61,021 bases of DNA from a bacterium (GCA_037137535.1 JBAXKC010000015.1:1-61021), one strand, 5' to 3'. Counted from the first letter of the stretch, positions 10,423 through 21,097 are shown. Numbers and translations are program-made. Notes: generated by a model not told the origin, from the sequence alone.

Positions 10423-11409
10423 TTAAGGTTTAATATAATCCGGCAACGGCTCAAGGCCAAAACTAGTCCTTACACCTTTGTACATACTAAGAAGCAAGGT
10501 TTTCCATTGATTAGAATTAATGTTATTTGTCAGTCTATAAGTTGCCATTGCTTTTTCATATTCATCTACCTTATTGTCACCATTAAAATCAGCAAATTCA
10601 TTAAAAGCCATTCTGTCATAAATGCCTAAAGAATTATTTTTACCAAGAACATTATCTAAAGTTTTACCTAAAGCATTAAAAGAGCCGTCACGATTTGAAA
10701 ACAAATTACTATCAGCAGCTACTGGAGCATCTTTCGGAGTATAAGGTGCTGATGGATCAACAGGAAGCGGTGGAGTATAAGGTAATTGATCTATTGATAA
10801 AGGTCCGCCTGAATGACCTCCGCTATTTGTGGTAGTAACAGTAGTTTTTCTGTATTTTATTGTTGCGTTAAAGTTATCATTACTGAACTTAAAATCATAG
10901 TTTTCAACATCAGTTTTTCTCGTTGAAAGAGGTAACTCTTGTCTTTTAGGTGGTGGGATAAATGCATGTTGAGGCTGAACCATTTGCTGCTGCGGCATTA
11001 CAAGATTAAACACATTTGTATTATTAACTGTATTGTAATTATTCACATTATTTGAATCTGAAACATTATTATTAACGACATTACTCGTATTGTTTGAATT
11101 AATAATATTATTTGTTGTATCAGCACTATTATTTGAATTTACTGCATTATTTGTAGCGAAAAAATTATTATTTGTTTCATTGCCCATATTTATATTATTT
11201 GAGTTTGTCTGTGGAGTATTAAAATTATTGCCATCCAACATACCGGCATAATCATAATTGTTTTTTACAGATGCTTTATCTCTGCTCTGATACTCAAATA
11301 AACCTTCATTATTATTGCTGTTATTACTTACTACACCTTCATTTCTTTTATTCAATGAGGAATAATAAGGATTAAAAGCAGTTTTATTTTGTATTCTATC
11401 ATAGGACAT
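10423..11409 (-). CDS. Asn-rich orphan protein with a C-terminal EF-hand-like loop
   Basis: 328-aa ORF with GGAGGA RBS; low-complexity N-terminal half; DFNGDNKVDEYE loop. Confidence 0.75.
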   Translation of the reverse strand: MSYDRIQNKTAFNPYYSSLNKRNEGVVSNNSNNNEGLFEYQSRDKASVKNNYDYAGMLDGNNFNTPQTNSNNINMGNETNNNFFATNNAVNSNNSADTTNNIINSNNTSNVVNNNVSDSNNVNNYNTVNNTNVFNLVMPQQQMVQPQHAFIPPPKRQELPLSTRKTDVENYDFKFSNDNFNATIKYRKTTVTTTNSGGHSGGPLSIDQLPYTPPLPVDPSAPYTPKDAPVAADSNLFSNRDGSFNALGKTLDNVLGKNNSLGIYDRMAFNEFADFNGDNKVDEYEKAMATYRLTNNINSNQWKTLLLSMYKGVRTSFGLEPLPDYIKP

Positions 11410-11457
11410 TTTTCATTCCTCCTAAACTTTACTTTGAAAATAATAAGCATCACTCTT

Positions 11458-11491
11458 GTATATATAAAGTATATATACACCCATTAATTGC
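11458..11491 (-). promoter_or_regulatory. Orphan-gene promoter motif GCAATT-N14-TACTTTATATATAC
   Basis: Minus strand reads GGGCAATT-aatgggtgtatata-TACTTTATATATAC. Confidence 0.75.
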
Positions 11492-11499
11492 CCATAAAT

Positions 11500-11529
11500 G
11501 AAATGTAAAAGTATATACTTTTACATTTC
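11500..11529. repeat. Perfect 30-bp palindrome GAAATGTAAAAGTATATACTTTTACATTTC
   Basis: Identical to its own reverse complement; lies just upstream of the promoter motif. Confidence 0.85.
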
Positions 11530-11615
11530 GTTACAAAAACAAAACCTCCTTATACCTTGTAATAAAGAGGTTTTAGAAATATTAAAATAGAACTGATTAC
11601 AATTTAATTATAAAT

Positions 11616-12266
11616 TTACACACAACCACAATCAGGCTCATTTTCATGATACAAACCACCACCACATATAATTTCAATAACTCTAAGCAAAAATTGCTTT
11701 GGAGCATCTATTGAATTAAGCAAAAACTCTTTATCACCAAGATGCTTGATTTTCATTATTGCAGGAGCCGTACTATCAGCAGGAACATATAAAGAAGCTA
11801 TTTCACATTTTAATATATCAGGATACTCCTGATCCATAAGGTCTAAAGCCGCATCATGAAAATCACCGTTTAAGGCAAGGATTCTTCCTGTGAAAAGAGG
11901 AGGCATTCCCTCTCTAAAAAGAGCTTGAGGCTGTGTATTACCTCTAGTTGTTAAACTTATGCTATGCCACAAAATATTTACAATGCCAACAGACCTATCG
12001 GCATCAGTTTTACAATAAACGCTTGAATGACTAATGCTTCTTGCTGCAAAACTTTCCTGAAACTGATAAGTTATTTCTTCCATATCCTTTAAAATACGCT
12101 CAAACATCTGACCTGTATTAGTTGTAGCTTCTAAATGCTCCTTATATTGTTTAAACATATGACTTGAAACAAGATTTATTCTTTCTTTAATCATCGATGA
12201 CTTTTTTATTGAAAAAGTTTTATTATTTTCAGTTTTTCTCATATAAAAAACGACCTGCTTTCGCAA
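11616..12266 (-). CDS. Hypothetical protein
   Basis: 216-aa ORF with globular composition; exact start uncertain. Confidence 0.75.
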   Translation of the reverse strand: MRKQVVFYMRKTENNKTFSIKKSSMIKERINLVSSHMFKQYKEHLEATTNTGQMFERILKDMEEITYQFQESFAARSISHSSVYCKTDADRSVGIVNILWHSISLTTRGNTQPQALFREGMPPLFTGRILALNGDFHDAALDLMDQEYPDILKCEIASLYVPADSTAPAIMKIKHLGDKEFLLNSIDAPKQFLLRVIEIICGGGLYHENEPDCGCV

Positions 12267-12532
12267 AATATTTTAATAACATTGAATATACAGAATGTAT
12301 TTTTACCTACAATTACTGCCCTAATATTCTAAAGGGAATTTAATCTTTTGGCAAAGATGTTAAGTTTTAGAAAAAAATACATCAACAGATTAATTTTTAA
12401 TACAAATCTAAACCACATGGACTAGCAAAACACAACAACATTCCACCCTGGGATGGATGATACACTACTTCATATATAGTATTTTAAACTTAAGCAGTAT
12501 AAAAACTGCAATGGGGTGTATAAAATTGGGTT

Positions 12533-13120
12533 ATGGGTATGGAAATAAGCGGACTGGATATTACGCTAAGAAGAATAAGCCAAATAGAATCAAGTATTCA
12601 GGGGCTTGTAGGTGAACCGGCAGAACCGGATGCATTCAAGCAAGTTCTTACTGAAAAACTCAACGGCAATGATTCAAACGTACCTTCCGAATTCTTCATT
12701 AAACCATTTGCCAGTCAGGCAAATACCCCAAAAACCGATTTTGATTCTTATATAAAAAAAGCAGCTCAAGCAAACAACCTAGATCCAAACTTGCTAAAAG
12801 CCGTAATAAAAACAGAATCAGGGTTCAATGCAAACGCCAAATCACCTGTGGGTGCTCAAGGATTAATGCAACTGATGCCCGCAACCGCAAAAAGTATGGG
12901 AGTAGAAAACCCGTTTGACGCAGAACAAAACATTATGGGAGGAGCCAAATATTTAAGCGGATTAATAAAACGATTTGACGGAAAACTGGAAAATGCCTTA
13001 GCGGCATATAACGCAGGGGCTGGAGCAGTAAACAAATACGGAGGCATTCCTCCGTATAAAGAAACTCAAAACTATGTAAAACGTGTGTTAAGTTATCATC
13101 GTGAATTTTCAGGATTCTAA
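12533..13120 (+). CDS. Lytic transglycosylase (SLT domain), flagellum-associated
   Basis: AVIKTESGFN, GAQGLMQLMP, AAYNAG, PPYKETQNYV. Confidence 0.93.
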   Translation: MGMEISGLDITLRRISQIESSIQGLVGEPAEPDAFKQVLTEKLNGNDSNVPSEFFIKPFASQANTPKTDFDSYIKKAAQANNLDPNLLKAVIKTESGFNANAKSPVGAQGLMQLMPATAKSMGVENPFDAEQNIMGGAKYLSGLIKRFDGKLENALAAYNAGAGAVNKYGGIPPYKETQNYVKRVLSYHREFSGF

Positions 13121-13141
13121 GCCGTATAAAAAGGGGAAACA

Positions 13142-13942
13142 ATGGTAAAGGGTATAGATACAGCAGCTCAAGGAATGATGAGCATAATAATGCAGAATGA
13201 TATAAATGCAAATAACCTTGCAAATATCAATACTGCAGGTTTTAAGCAGTCACTTGCTGTATTTAAAAACAATTATGAAGGAAGCGTAAACAGAATAAAT
13301 ACGGTGGGCGGATACCAGCAATATGGCGAAAAACTAGGAACACTCAGCCTTGGTAGCAGCGTAGATGCAAGTGTAATTGATCTTACTCAAGGCAGCTTAA
13401 AACAAACAGGCAACAACATGGATCTTGCAATTCAAGGAAAAGGTTTCTTCACCGTAAAAATGCCTGACGGAACCGAAGCCTATACAAGAAACGGCAGCTT
13501 TGTAAAAAATAAAGACGGATTTATCTCCGACATGAACGGAAATTTACTAATGGGGCAAAAAGGACCAATTTCATTAGCAAATGCAGGAAATACCAATACG
13601 GCCGTTGATGTGAGTCAATTCAAAGTGGATGCAGGCGGTAACGTCTTATATAACAAACAAATTGTAGATAAATTAAAAATAGCTGACTTTAAGGATGTAA
13701 ATTCATTACAACAATATGGAACATCTCTTTTCAAAACTACTCAAACCTCAATAATGCCGACACCGGCTAATAATTTTCAAATATCACAAGGCGCTCTGGA
13801 AGGCTCTAACGCCAACGCAATCGAATGCATGATAAATTCAATGCACGGAGAAAGGACCTACGAATCACTTTCCAAAGTTATACAAACATCGGATAAATCT
13901 ATACAAAAAACAATAAATGACGTAGGCAGGGTAAAAAGATAA
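13142..13942 (+). CDS. flgF: Flagellar basal-body rod protein FlgF/FlhO
   Basis: ANNLANINTAGFK, DLAIQGKGFF, YTRNGSF, LEGSN; precedes flgG. Confidence 0.85.
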   Translation: MVKGIDTAAQGMMSIIMQNDINANNLANINTAGFKQSLAVFKNNYEGSVNRINTVGGYQQYGEKLGTLSLGSSVDASVIDLTQGSLKQTGNNMDLAIQGKGFFTVKMPDGTEAYTRNGSFVKNKDGFISDMNGNLLMGQKGPISLANAGNTNTAVDVSQFKVDAGGNVLYNKQIVDKLKIADFKDVNSLQQYGTSLFKTTQTSIMPTPANNFQISQGALEGSNANAIECMINSMHGERTYESLSKVIQTSDKSIQKTINDVGRVKR

Positions 13943-13970
13943 TTTAACAAGATAAAGGGCAGGAGGAAAA

Positions 13971-14756
13971 ATGTTAAGAGCTTTAACAACAGCGGCAACA
14001 GGAATGATAGCTCAACAACTAAATATAGACGTTATAGCTAACAACCTTGCTAACGTAAATACCACAGGCTATAAGAAATCAAGAGTTGAATTTCAGGATT
14101 TATTATCACAAACAATAAAATCCCCCGGTGCTCTTGTTTCTCAAGGAACAACTCAGCCTGTAGGTATTCAGGTAGGGCTTGGAACAAGAACTTCTGCCAC
14201 ACAAAAAGACTTTACTGAAGGAGTTATGAAATCTACGGGCGGAAAACTTGATATCGCCATTGAAGGTGACGGTTTCATACAAGTTCAAATGGATGACGGA
14301 ACAACAGCTTACACTAGAGACGGCAGTTTAAAAATGGATTCCAGCGGACAATTAGTAACAAGTGACGGTTATCTTGTACAACCACAAATAACTATTCCGC
14401 AAAACGCTTCAGAAGTAACCTTTACTCCCGACGGAAAAGTAGCCGTTACAGTTTCAGGACAAACAGCACAACAGGAAATAGGACAACTTCAACTTGCAAA
14501 GTTTGCTAACCCGTCAGGTCTTCTTTCAATAGGTAAAAACTTATTCACAGAAACAGCAGCATCGGGATCAGCCGTTCAAGGTACAGCAAATCAGGAAGGT
14601 TTTGGTTCTGTTCAACAAGGATTTGTAGAAGGTTCAAACGTTCAGGTAGTAGAAGAACTTATTAACTTAATTCAAGCAGAACGTGCTTTTGAATCAAATT
14701 CTAAAATTATCAAATCAGCCGATAACCTATTACAAACAGTAAACAGATTAGGATAA
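13971..14756 (+). CDS. flgG: Flagellar distal rod protein FlgG
   Basis: MLRALTTAATGM, ANNLANVNTTGYKKSR, EFQDLL, YTRDGS, EGSNVQVVEEL. Confidence 0.95.
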   Translation: MLRALTTAATGMIAQQLNIDVIANNLANVNTTGYKKSRVEFQDLLSQTIKSPGALVSQGTTQPVGIQVGLGTRTSATQKDFTEGVMKSTGGKLDIAIEGDGFIQVQMDDGTTAYTRDGSLKMDSSGQLVTSDGYLVQPQITIPQNASEVTFTPDGKVAVTVSGQTAQQEIGQLQLAKFANPSGLLSIGKNLFTETAASGSAVQGTANQEGFGSVQQGFVEGSNVQVVEELINLIQAERAFESNSKIIKSADNLLQTVNRLG

Positions 14757-14759
14757 TCA

Positions 14760-15473
14760 ATGAATAAAATCTTGAGCATAACGTTAATAACAATTATAAC
14801 CTTGTTTTCAACAGTTTTTAAGGTAAATGCAACTGTTTTAACACAAGGCTATATTTCTCTTGAAATAGGCAAACAGGCTCAAGAAATTATCAAAAGAGAA
14901 ATTAAATCAAATATAAACATAGACATAGATAACTCATACATAAGCAGCGTTGAAGTATATGGAAATAAATACAAAATTCAAGTGCTTTGCAACTCAGAAA
15001 AATTTAACCCTATAACAATTTTTAAAGTAAACATTTTATCAAACGGAAGCCTCGTAAAAACATTCGGTGTTCCGGTCAAAATTTCAATATTTGAAACAGT
15101 AGCAGTAGCGGCAAATAACATATATAGAGGTGAATTCCTTTCTAGCAACAATATTAAATATGAAAACAAAGAAATTAGTTTTATTTACGACAATGTAATG
15201 AAAGAATCCGATACACCCGAAGGCTTTATTGCAAACAAAATATACAGGCAAGGAGAAATAATAGATAAAAGATACATAGCCACTCCGCCAGATGTATTAA
15301 TGCATACCCCGATTTCAATAATATTCAAAAATGATGACATAACTGTTTCACTTGACGGAGAAGCAATGGATAACGGAAAAATCGGAGATTACATAAGAGT
15401 AAACAATAAAACTTATAAAAAGCAATATAAAGGTCAAATCATAGATAACAACACAGTAATGGTAAAACTTTAG
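14760..15473 (+). CDS. flgA: P-ring assembly chaperone FlgA
   Basis: Signal peptide, SAF-like region, C-terminal GEAMDNGKIGDYIRVNN; sits between flgG and flgH. Confidence 0.85.
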   Translation: MNKILSITLITIITLFSTVFKVNATVLTQGYISLEIGKQAQEIIKREIKSNINIDIDNSYISSVEVYGNKYKIQVLCNSEKFNPITIFKVNILSNGSLVKTFGVPVKISIFETVAVAANNIYRGEFLSSNNIKYENKEISFIYDNVMKESDTPEGFIANKIYRQGEIIDKRYIATPPDVLMHTPISIIFKNDDITVSLDGEAMDNGKIGDYIRVNNKTYKKQYKGQIIDNNTVMVKL

Positions 15474-15482
15474 GAAAAAACG

Positions 15483-16115
15483 ATGAAAAATAAATTATTA
15501 ATAATTTTAACTCTAAATATTTTTACCGTTTTATTAACCCAAAGCGTTAATGCTGAATCACTTTTCAGGCTAGGGATAAATCAAAACGCTTTTCCAATAC
15601 AACCTAAATCTCTTTACAGCACAGTAAGGGCAAAGACTATAGGGGATCTGGTTACAATTTTATTAAGCGAAACCTACTCAAACTCAGATGCTGTAACAAT
15701 GAAACTAACAAAAAACAGTTCAACAACCGACAACTTCACCAATAAAATCAACCAGTTAATACCAGGAACAAAACATGACCTCGGCAACTTTACAGGATAC
15801 GGTGGAAACTCAAGTATAAACAACACTTCAACCACATCAAGAGTCTCAACAATGACAAACACAGTAACAGCACAAGTAGTACAGGTCATGCCAAACGGAA
15901 ATCTGGTAGTACAAGGGAAGAAAACAGTCATAAACTCCAAAGAACGTGTTGAATATCTGATAAGTGGAATAATTGACCCAAGATTTATAGACAACACAGG
16001 AAAAATAACTTCAAACTTAGTAGCAAACTTACAAGTAGCCGCAACAGGAAAAGGAGCAGTATCTAAAGGGGAATCAGAAGGAACATTTAACAAACTTATA
16101 AGGGTACTCTTCTAA
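15483..16115 (+). CDS. flgH: Flagellar L-ring protein FlgH
   Basis: RAKTIGDLVTI, VTAQVVQVMPNGNLVVQGKK, SGIIDP. Confidence 0.9.
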   Translation: MKNKLLIILTLNIFTVLLTQSVNAESLFRLGINQNAFPIQPKSLYSTVRAKTIGDLVTILLSETYSNSDAVTMKLTKNSSTTDNFTNKINQLIPGTKHDLGNFTGYGGNSSINNTSTTSRVSTMTNTVTAQVVQVMPNGNLVVQGKKTVINSKERVEYLISGIIDPRFIDNTGKITSNLVANLQVAATGKGAVSKGESEGTFNKLIRVLF

Positions 16116-16136
16116 GAACAAATCAGGGGAAATGGT

Positions 16137-17249
16137 ATGGGGATCAAAAAAGCAATAACATTAATATTAATAGCCGGATTTATAAGCATGGGCTTTAGTT
16201 TTTCACAAGTCAAAGCTGACAGGGTGAGACTAAAGGACATTTCTCACATTGAAGGAGTAAGAGATAACCAAATCGTAGGTTATGGTATTGTTGTGGGTCT
16301 TGCAGGTACAGGAGATAACAGCCGTTCAACACAAATTACAAACCAAACATTAATTTCAAATCTAGGAACTGTAATACAAAACAGTAACGATATCAAAAAA
16401 GGCAATACAGCCGCAGTTATAATAACAGCAACCATCCCACCATTTGCAAAAAATGGCGATAAACTTGATATAACAGTTTCATCTCTTGCTGACGCAAAAA
16501 GCCTTGAAGGCGGTGTACTTGTCCAGACTCAACTCACTGCCGCAAACGGAGAAGTTATAGCAGTGGCACAAGGCCCAATAAGCACAGGTGGAACAGATGT
16601 AGGTGCAAATGGAAGCAGTGTAAGAACAAGCATTGTAACCTCGGGGAGAATACCCGGAGGCGCTATTGTTGAAAGAGATATTAATACAGAAATAGGTGAC
16701 GAACAGGGCTTAAAAATCAATTTAAATCGCTCTGATTTTACAATGGCTGCAAAAGTTGCCCAAACGATAAACGAAAATCTTGCACCTGCAAAAGCTATTG
16801 ATGGAAGCACTATACAAATATCAATCCCGCCAAAATTTGACGATGACAGAATAAGTTTCATATCAATACTTGAAAATCTAACAGTTGCAAATGGTGACAC
16901 AGTTGCAAAAGTAATAATAAACGAAAGAACAGGAACTATCGTAATAGGAAACAACGTAAAACTATTACCTGCTGCTATTGCTCACGGAAACCTCGTTGTT
17001 ACGGTAAGTACAAAAAATGAAGTTTCACAACCAAACGCATACTCAAACGGAACAACAACAGGTGCTCAAAATAGTGATATAACAGTTACAAAAAAACCTG
17101 GAAGATTAATAGAACTACCTGCTAACTCAAATCTTGGTGAACTTGTAAGAACATTAAATGCAATAGGTGTAACACCTTATGACCTTATTTCTGTATTACA
17201 AGCACTAAAAGCTGCAGGAAGCCTTCAAGCCCAGCTTGAAATAATCTAA
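16137..17249 (+). CDS. flgI: Flagellar P-ring protein FlgI
   Basis: RLKDI, GYGIVVGLAGTGD, AKSLEGG, NERTGTIV, LQALKAAGSL. Confidence 0.96.
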   Translation: MGIKKAITLILIAGFISMGFSFSQVKADRVRLKDISHIEGVRDNQIVGYGIVVGLAGTGDNSRSTQITNQTLISNLGTVIQNSNDIKKGNTAAVIITATIPPFAKNGDKLDITVSSLADAKSLEGGVLVQTQLTAANGEVIAVAQGPISTGGTDVGANGSSVRTSIVTSGRIPGGAIVERDINTEIGDEQGLKINLNRSDFTMAAKVAQTINENLAPAKAIDGSTIQISIPPKFDDDRISFISILENLTVANGDTVAKVIINERTGTIVIGNNVKLLPAAIAHGNLVVTVSTKNEVSQPNAYSNGTTTGAQNSDITVTKKPGRLIELPANSNLGELVRTLNAIGVTPYDLISVLQALKAAGSLQAQLEII

Positions 17250-17259
17250 GGAGGATAAA

Positions 17260-17592
17260 ATGGTAAGTTCGATAGACACACAAAGCGTATATAAGTTAAG
17301 TCCTACGGCAATTGAAGGAGCAAACGGTTTTAATTTTAAAAATGTTCCAGCTAATGAAAAAGACCAAAAGTTAAAAGAATCAGCTAAAGACTTTGAAGCA
17401 GTTTTTGTAAATCAATTTATGGAAACAATAAACAGCACAGTAGAAAGATCAGACTTTATGAGTGGAGGACAAGGAGAAGACACATTCAGGTCAATGCTTA
17501 CTCAGGAAATGTCAAAAAATATAGCCAGCAGTCCAACAACATCCTTCGGGCTTGCAGAACAAATATACAGACAAATGAAAGACAGAATCTAA
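17260..17592 (+). CDS. flgJ: FlgJ-like rod-binding protein (no muramidase domain)
   Basis: KLKESAKDFEAVF ... FRSML ... GLAEQIYRQM. Confidence 0.85.
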   Translation: MVSSIDTQSVYKLSPTAIEGANGFNFKNVPANEKDQKLKESAKDFEAVFVNQFMETINSTVERSDFMSGGQGEDTFRSMLTQEMSKNIASSPTTSFGLAEQIYRQMKDRI

Positions 17593-17610
17593 GGGGACAC
17601 TAAGGGGAGT

Positions 17611-17934
17611 TTGAAAATGGTTAACGGGATAAATGGAAATAGTATAAATTCACTTCAGCTTTTAAGAGCTAATCAGGCTTTTAAAAAATATGCTGAAAGT
17701 ACTGTTGAAAAAACAAATGTCAGTGTACCTGATCAGGATGTCAAACTTTCCATTGAAAGCAACAATACAGATAAAATAAAACTTTCAAAAACAGCTCAAG
17801 AAATACAAGCAGAAACAATGAGAAAACAATATATAGAAAAAATTCAACAACACACACAAATGAATGTTTCGGATGAAGACCTTAAATATGCCTTAAAATT
17901 TGGGAGAAGTGTTCTTGTTAACAGACTGGCATAA
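17611..17934 (+). CDS. Divergent FlgM-like protein (positional call)
   Basis: Between flgJ and flgN; DKIKLSKTAQE resembles the FlgM DxVxLS motif; C-terminus atypical. Confidence 0.45.
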   Translation: MKMVNGINGNSINSLQLLRANQAFKKYAESTVEKTNVSVPDQDVKLSIESNNTDKIKLSKTAQEIQAETMRKQYIEKIQQHTQMNVSDEDLKYALKFGRSVLVNRLA

Positions 17935-17962
17935 ACAATAAAAAAATAATCGGGAGGTTGGG

Positions 17963-18463
17963 ATGCAAGAAGTTATAAAAGATTTAGAAAAAATATTAAA
18001 TGCGCAAATATCAGTTTATTCTGATATGGAAAATCATATTTCACAAAAAAAAGAGATTCTTGTGAAAAATGACATCGAAAGCTTAAAAACAGTTGATATT
18101 GAAATAGAAAGACTGGCAAAAACCATTCAAAGTCTTGAAGCAAAACGTGTGCAGGTTTTATCGACACAACCTCATATGCTGAACCAGCCACTTTCCAAAG
18201 TTGCAGAGCTAACCTCTTCACCAAAAGAGAAACAAATAATTTTATCCCTTAAAGACAAACTCATAGATGTAATGCTCCGAGTAAAAAAAGCAAATGATCT
18301 GAATGCAGAACTCATAGCTCATTCAATCAAACTCGTTCAACACACCGCCCTTTTAATAGGAAATGCCTTAAACCCAGAAGGCTCTGCCTATAACAGAAAC
18401 GGTAAAGGGTATAAAAGCAATTCATCAAATAATTCAATAAGTTCAGTTATTCGTGACGTTTAA
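17963..18463 (+). CDS. flgN: Flagellar export chaperone FlgN
   Basis: Helical, with KKEILVKNDIESL ... LEAKR ... ANDLNAELI ... AYNRNG; immediately upstream of flgK. Confidence 0.85.
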   Translation: MQEVIKDLEKILNAQISVYSDMENHISQKKEILVKNDIESLKTVDIEIERLAKTIQSLEAKRVQVLSTQPHMLNQPLSKVAELTSSPKEKQIILSLKDKLIDVMLRVKKANDLNAELIAHSIKLVQHTALLIGNALNPEGSAYNRNGKGYKSNSSNNSISSVIRDV

Positions 18464-18478
18464 TCAGAGGTTAAGGGT

Positions 18479-20125
18479 ATGACATCAAGTTTATTCGGTA
18501 TATATAATGCACACAGATCCCTTCTTATGAATCAGGCGGCACTTAACCTGGTTAACTCAAACATTACCAATATGAATACAGAAGGGTATAGTAAGCAAAG
18601 ACTGGAAATATCACAAAACGTATTAGGCGGATCTGCTCCGGGTACACCGCTTAATGCTGCTCAATCAGGACTTGGTGCATACGTTGATAACATCTCAAGA
18701 AACCGTGATGCATTCCTTGACTCTTATTACAGAAAAGAAACCACTACATTAGGCTATTATTCAGAATTACAAAATAACAATGTAATGCTTGAAGATATAA
18801 CAAACGAACTTTCCAATACAGGTATAAACTCAACTCTTAATGATTTCTATAATGCGGCAAACCAACTTAACTCTAACCCCACAGATACTGTTGCAAGAAC
18901 AGATTTTGCTCAAAAAGCAGAAAATGTAGCGTTAAAACTTAATCACCTTTATGAGCAATTAAACTCATTTAACCAATCAGCAGCAGGAAATCCCGCCGAT
19001 CCCGCAACGTTAGGACAAAGTCAAATAGGAGTCACAGTAACAGAGTTAAATACAAAGTTACAAAACCTTGCAGACTTAAACAATACTATTATTGTTTCAA
19101 CCTCACAAGATATTACTCCTAACGGTCTTCTTGATCAAAGAGACCTACTTCTCGACCAAATATCACAATATATACCCATAACAGTAAAACCAGGAGCAGG
19201 AAATGTTGTAAACGTTTCACTAGGTGGAAATGAACTGGTTTCAGGTCGTGTCTTTACCACAAGACTTGAATATGAACTTACCGATACTGCCCAACAAGGT
19301 AATAACACCACAAATCCTGCCATTATAAAGCTAAAAAACAACACCACAAATAATACCCTTATTCCTAATGCAAATGCAATGCTAAATTCCGGTAAAATTG
19401 GAGCATTACTGGATTTAACAGAAACAAACTCAACAAGTCCAAACAATGTCAACGGTATTTTAGGTCAATTAAATAACCTTGCCAGAACTTTTGCAAAAGA
19501 AGTTAATGATATTCAATTATCAAAAGACGGTAATGACAATACTTTAAGTCTTTCAATGGATAAAACAACATCACCTCCGACACTTACTGAAGCAACCGAT
19601 TATATATTTACTTCATCGGATCCGACAGTAGCTGATGAAGTAACAACTTCAGATAATTACGACAATATTACAGCAGGAAATATAAAACTAAATTCAAATA
19701 TATTATCAGACCCTTATAAAATTGCAGCATCAAAACTGACTTATGACCCTACCGATACAAAATATGCAGATAAAGCTGATTTTATAGCAAAAAATAACAC
19801 ACAAACAGGTGATGGCAGCAACATTATGCTTATATCTCAATTGAGGAATAAAGGCATAACAAGTCTTAATGGTTCAACAACCGAAAATTATGTAAACACT
19901 ATGCTTGGAAAATTCGGAATACAGTCAGGCACAGTGTCAGACAAACTTAACGCTCAAACGGCTGTTGTTGATCAAATAAAACAAAAACGAGAAACTGCTA
20001 TCGGCGTAAACTTAGATGAAGAACTTACTGATATGGTGAAATATCAAAGGTCTTACGAAGCATCTTCAAAAGTATTTAACGTTGTAAATCAAGTCATTCA
20101 AGAAATGATAAAACTGGGGAGTTAA
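18479..20125 (+). CDS. flgK: Hook-associated protein FlgK
   Basis: NITNMNTEGYSKQR, LLDQRDLLLD, GVNLDEELTDMVKYQRSYEASSK. Confidence 0.95.
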   Translation: MTSSLFGIYNAHRSLLMNQAALNLVNSNITNMNTEGYSKQRLEISQNVLGGSAPGTPLNAAQSGLGAYVDNISRNRDAFLDSYYRKETTTLGYYSELQNNNVMLEDITNELSNTGINSTLNDFYNAANQLNSNPTDTVARTDFAQKAENVALKLNHLYEQLNSFNQSAAGNPADPATLGQSQIGVTVTELNTKLQNLADLNNTIIVSTSQDITPNGLLDQRDLLLDQISQYIPITVKPGAGNVVNVSLGGNELVSGRVFTTRLEYELTDTAQQGNNTTNPAIIKLKNNTTNNTLIPNANAMLNSGKIGALLDLTETNSTSPNNVNGILGQLNNLARTFAKEVNDIQLSKDGNDNTLSLSMDKTTSPPTLTEATDYIFTSSDPTVADEVTTSDNYDNITAGNIKLNSNILSDPYKIAASKLTYDPTDTKYADKADFIAKNNTQTGDGSNIMLISQLRNKGITSLNGSTTENYVNTMLGKFGIQSGTVSDKLNAQTAVVDQIKQKRETAIGVNLDEELTDMVKYQRSYEASSKVFNVVNQVIQEMIKLGS

Positions 20126-20140
20126 ACTAGGGGTTGAAAT

Positions 20141-21097
20141 ATGATATATCCAAGAGTCACAAATAAACTTATAAGTGAAAATGTTGTAGACATATTAAAT
20201 ACAAACCGTTCAAAACTTAATCAGTTGAACGAGCAAATAGCAACTGGTAAAAAAATAAGTAAGGCCTCTGACAACCCGACTGGTGCTGTAAGTATTCTTA
20301 CGACAAATACATCTATGAATAAAATTGAAAGCTATAAAAAAAATATAGATAGTGCTTCTTCTGAAATGGATGCTACTGACAGAGCAACATTATCCTTAAT
20401 TGATTCAATTCATAGAGCAAGAGATCTGACATTACAAGCAGCTGATGCATCAAGCGGACCTTCTGAACTGGCTAGTATAAATGATGAGATAAAACAATTA
20501 ACCGAACAAGTGAAAGACATAGCTAATACACAATTTGGCAATAAATATATTTTCGGCGGACTTGTAACAAGCTCTGCTCCTTTTCTAAAAGCAGGCGATA
20601 ACGGTGATGAAGTAAAGTATGTAGGAACAGACTCCACCCAAAACTACCAAAGACAGGTTGAAATCGGAGAAAATATAAAAGTAGACTTAAACGTAGCAGG
20701 TGATAATATTTTTGGACAATATTACACTGATAAGACAACCGACCCCGCTACAACAGTTAGTTCAGGAATTATTGGAACATTAAAAGAACTAAGCAAAGAG
20801 CTTGAAACAACTCCTGCTAATTACGACAATATCCGTTCAAAATTAAATGGGCTTGATGCTTCTCTTTCAAAAACTCTTAACGTTCAAGCCACAGTGGGTG
20901 GAATGATGTCAAGACTTGACATGACAAAAAACAAATTAGAAGAAGATAACGTAACTCTTACAAAATTCAAATCAAATATAGAAGATCTTGATCTTCCAAA
21001 AGCTATTTCTGACTTAAAATTTCAACAGGATTCTCTTCAAGCTTCATTATCTATAAGCGCTAAAGTAATGCAAGCATCATTATTACAATACCTATAA
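20141..21097 (+). CDS. flgL: Hook-associated protein FlgL
   Basis: ATGKKISKASDNP, KYIFGG, C-terminal SLLQYL. Confidence 0.94.
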   Translation: MIYPRVTNKLISENVVDILNTNRSKLNQLNEQIATGKKISKASDNPTGAVSILTTNTSMNKIESYKKNIDSASSEMDATDRATLSLIDSIHRARDLTLQAADASSGPSELASINDEIKQLTEQVKDIANTQFGNKYIFGGLVTSSAPFLKAGDNGDEVKYVGTDSTQNYQRQVEIGENIKVDLNVAGDNIFGQYYTDKTTDPATTVSSGIIGTLKELSKELETTPANYDNIRSKLNGLDASLSKTLNVQATVGGMMSRLDMTKNKLEEDNVTLTKFKSNIEDLDLPKAISDLKFQQDSLQASLSISAKVMQASLLQYL

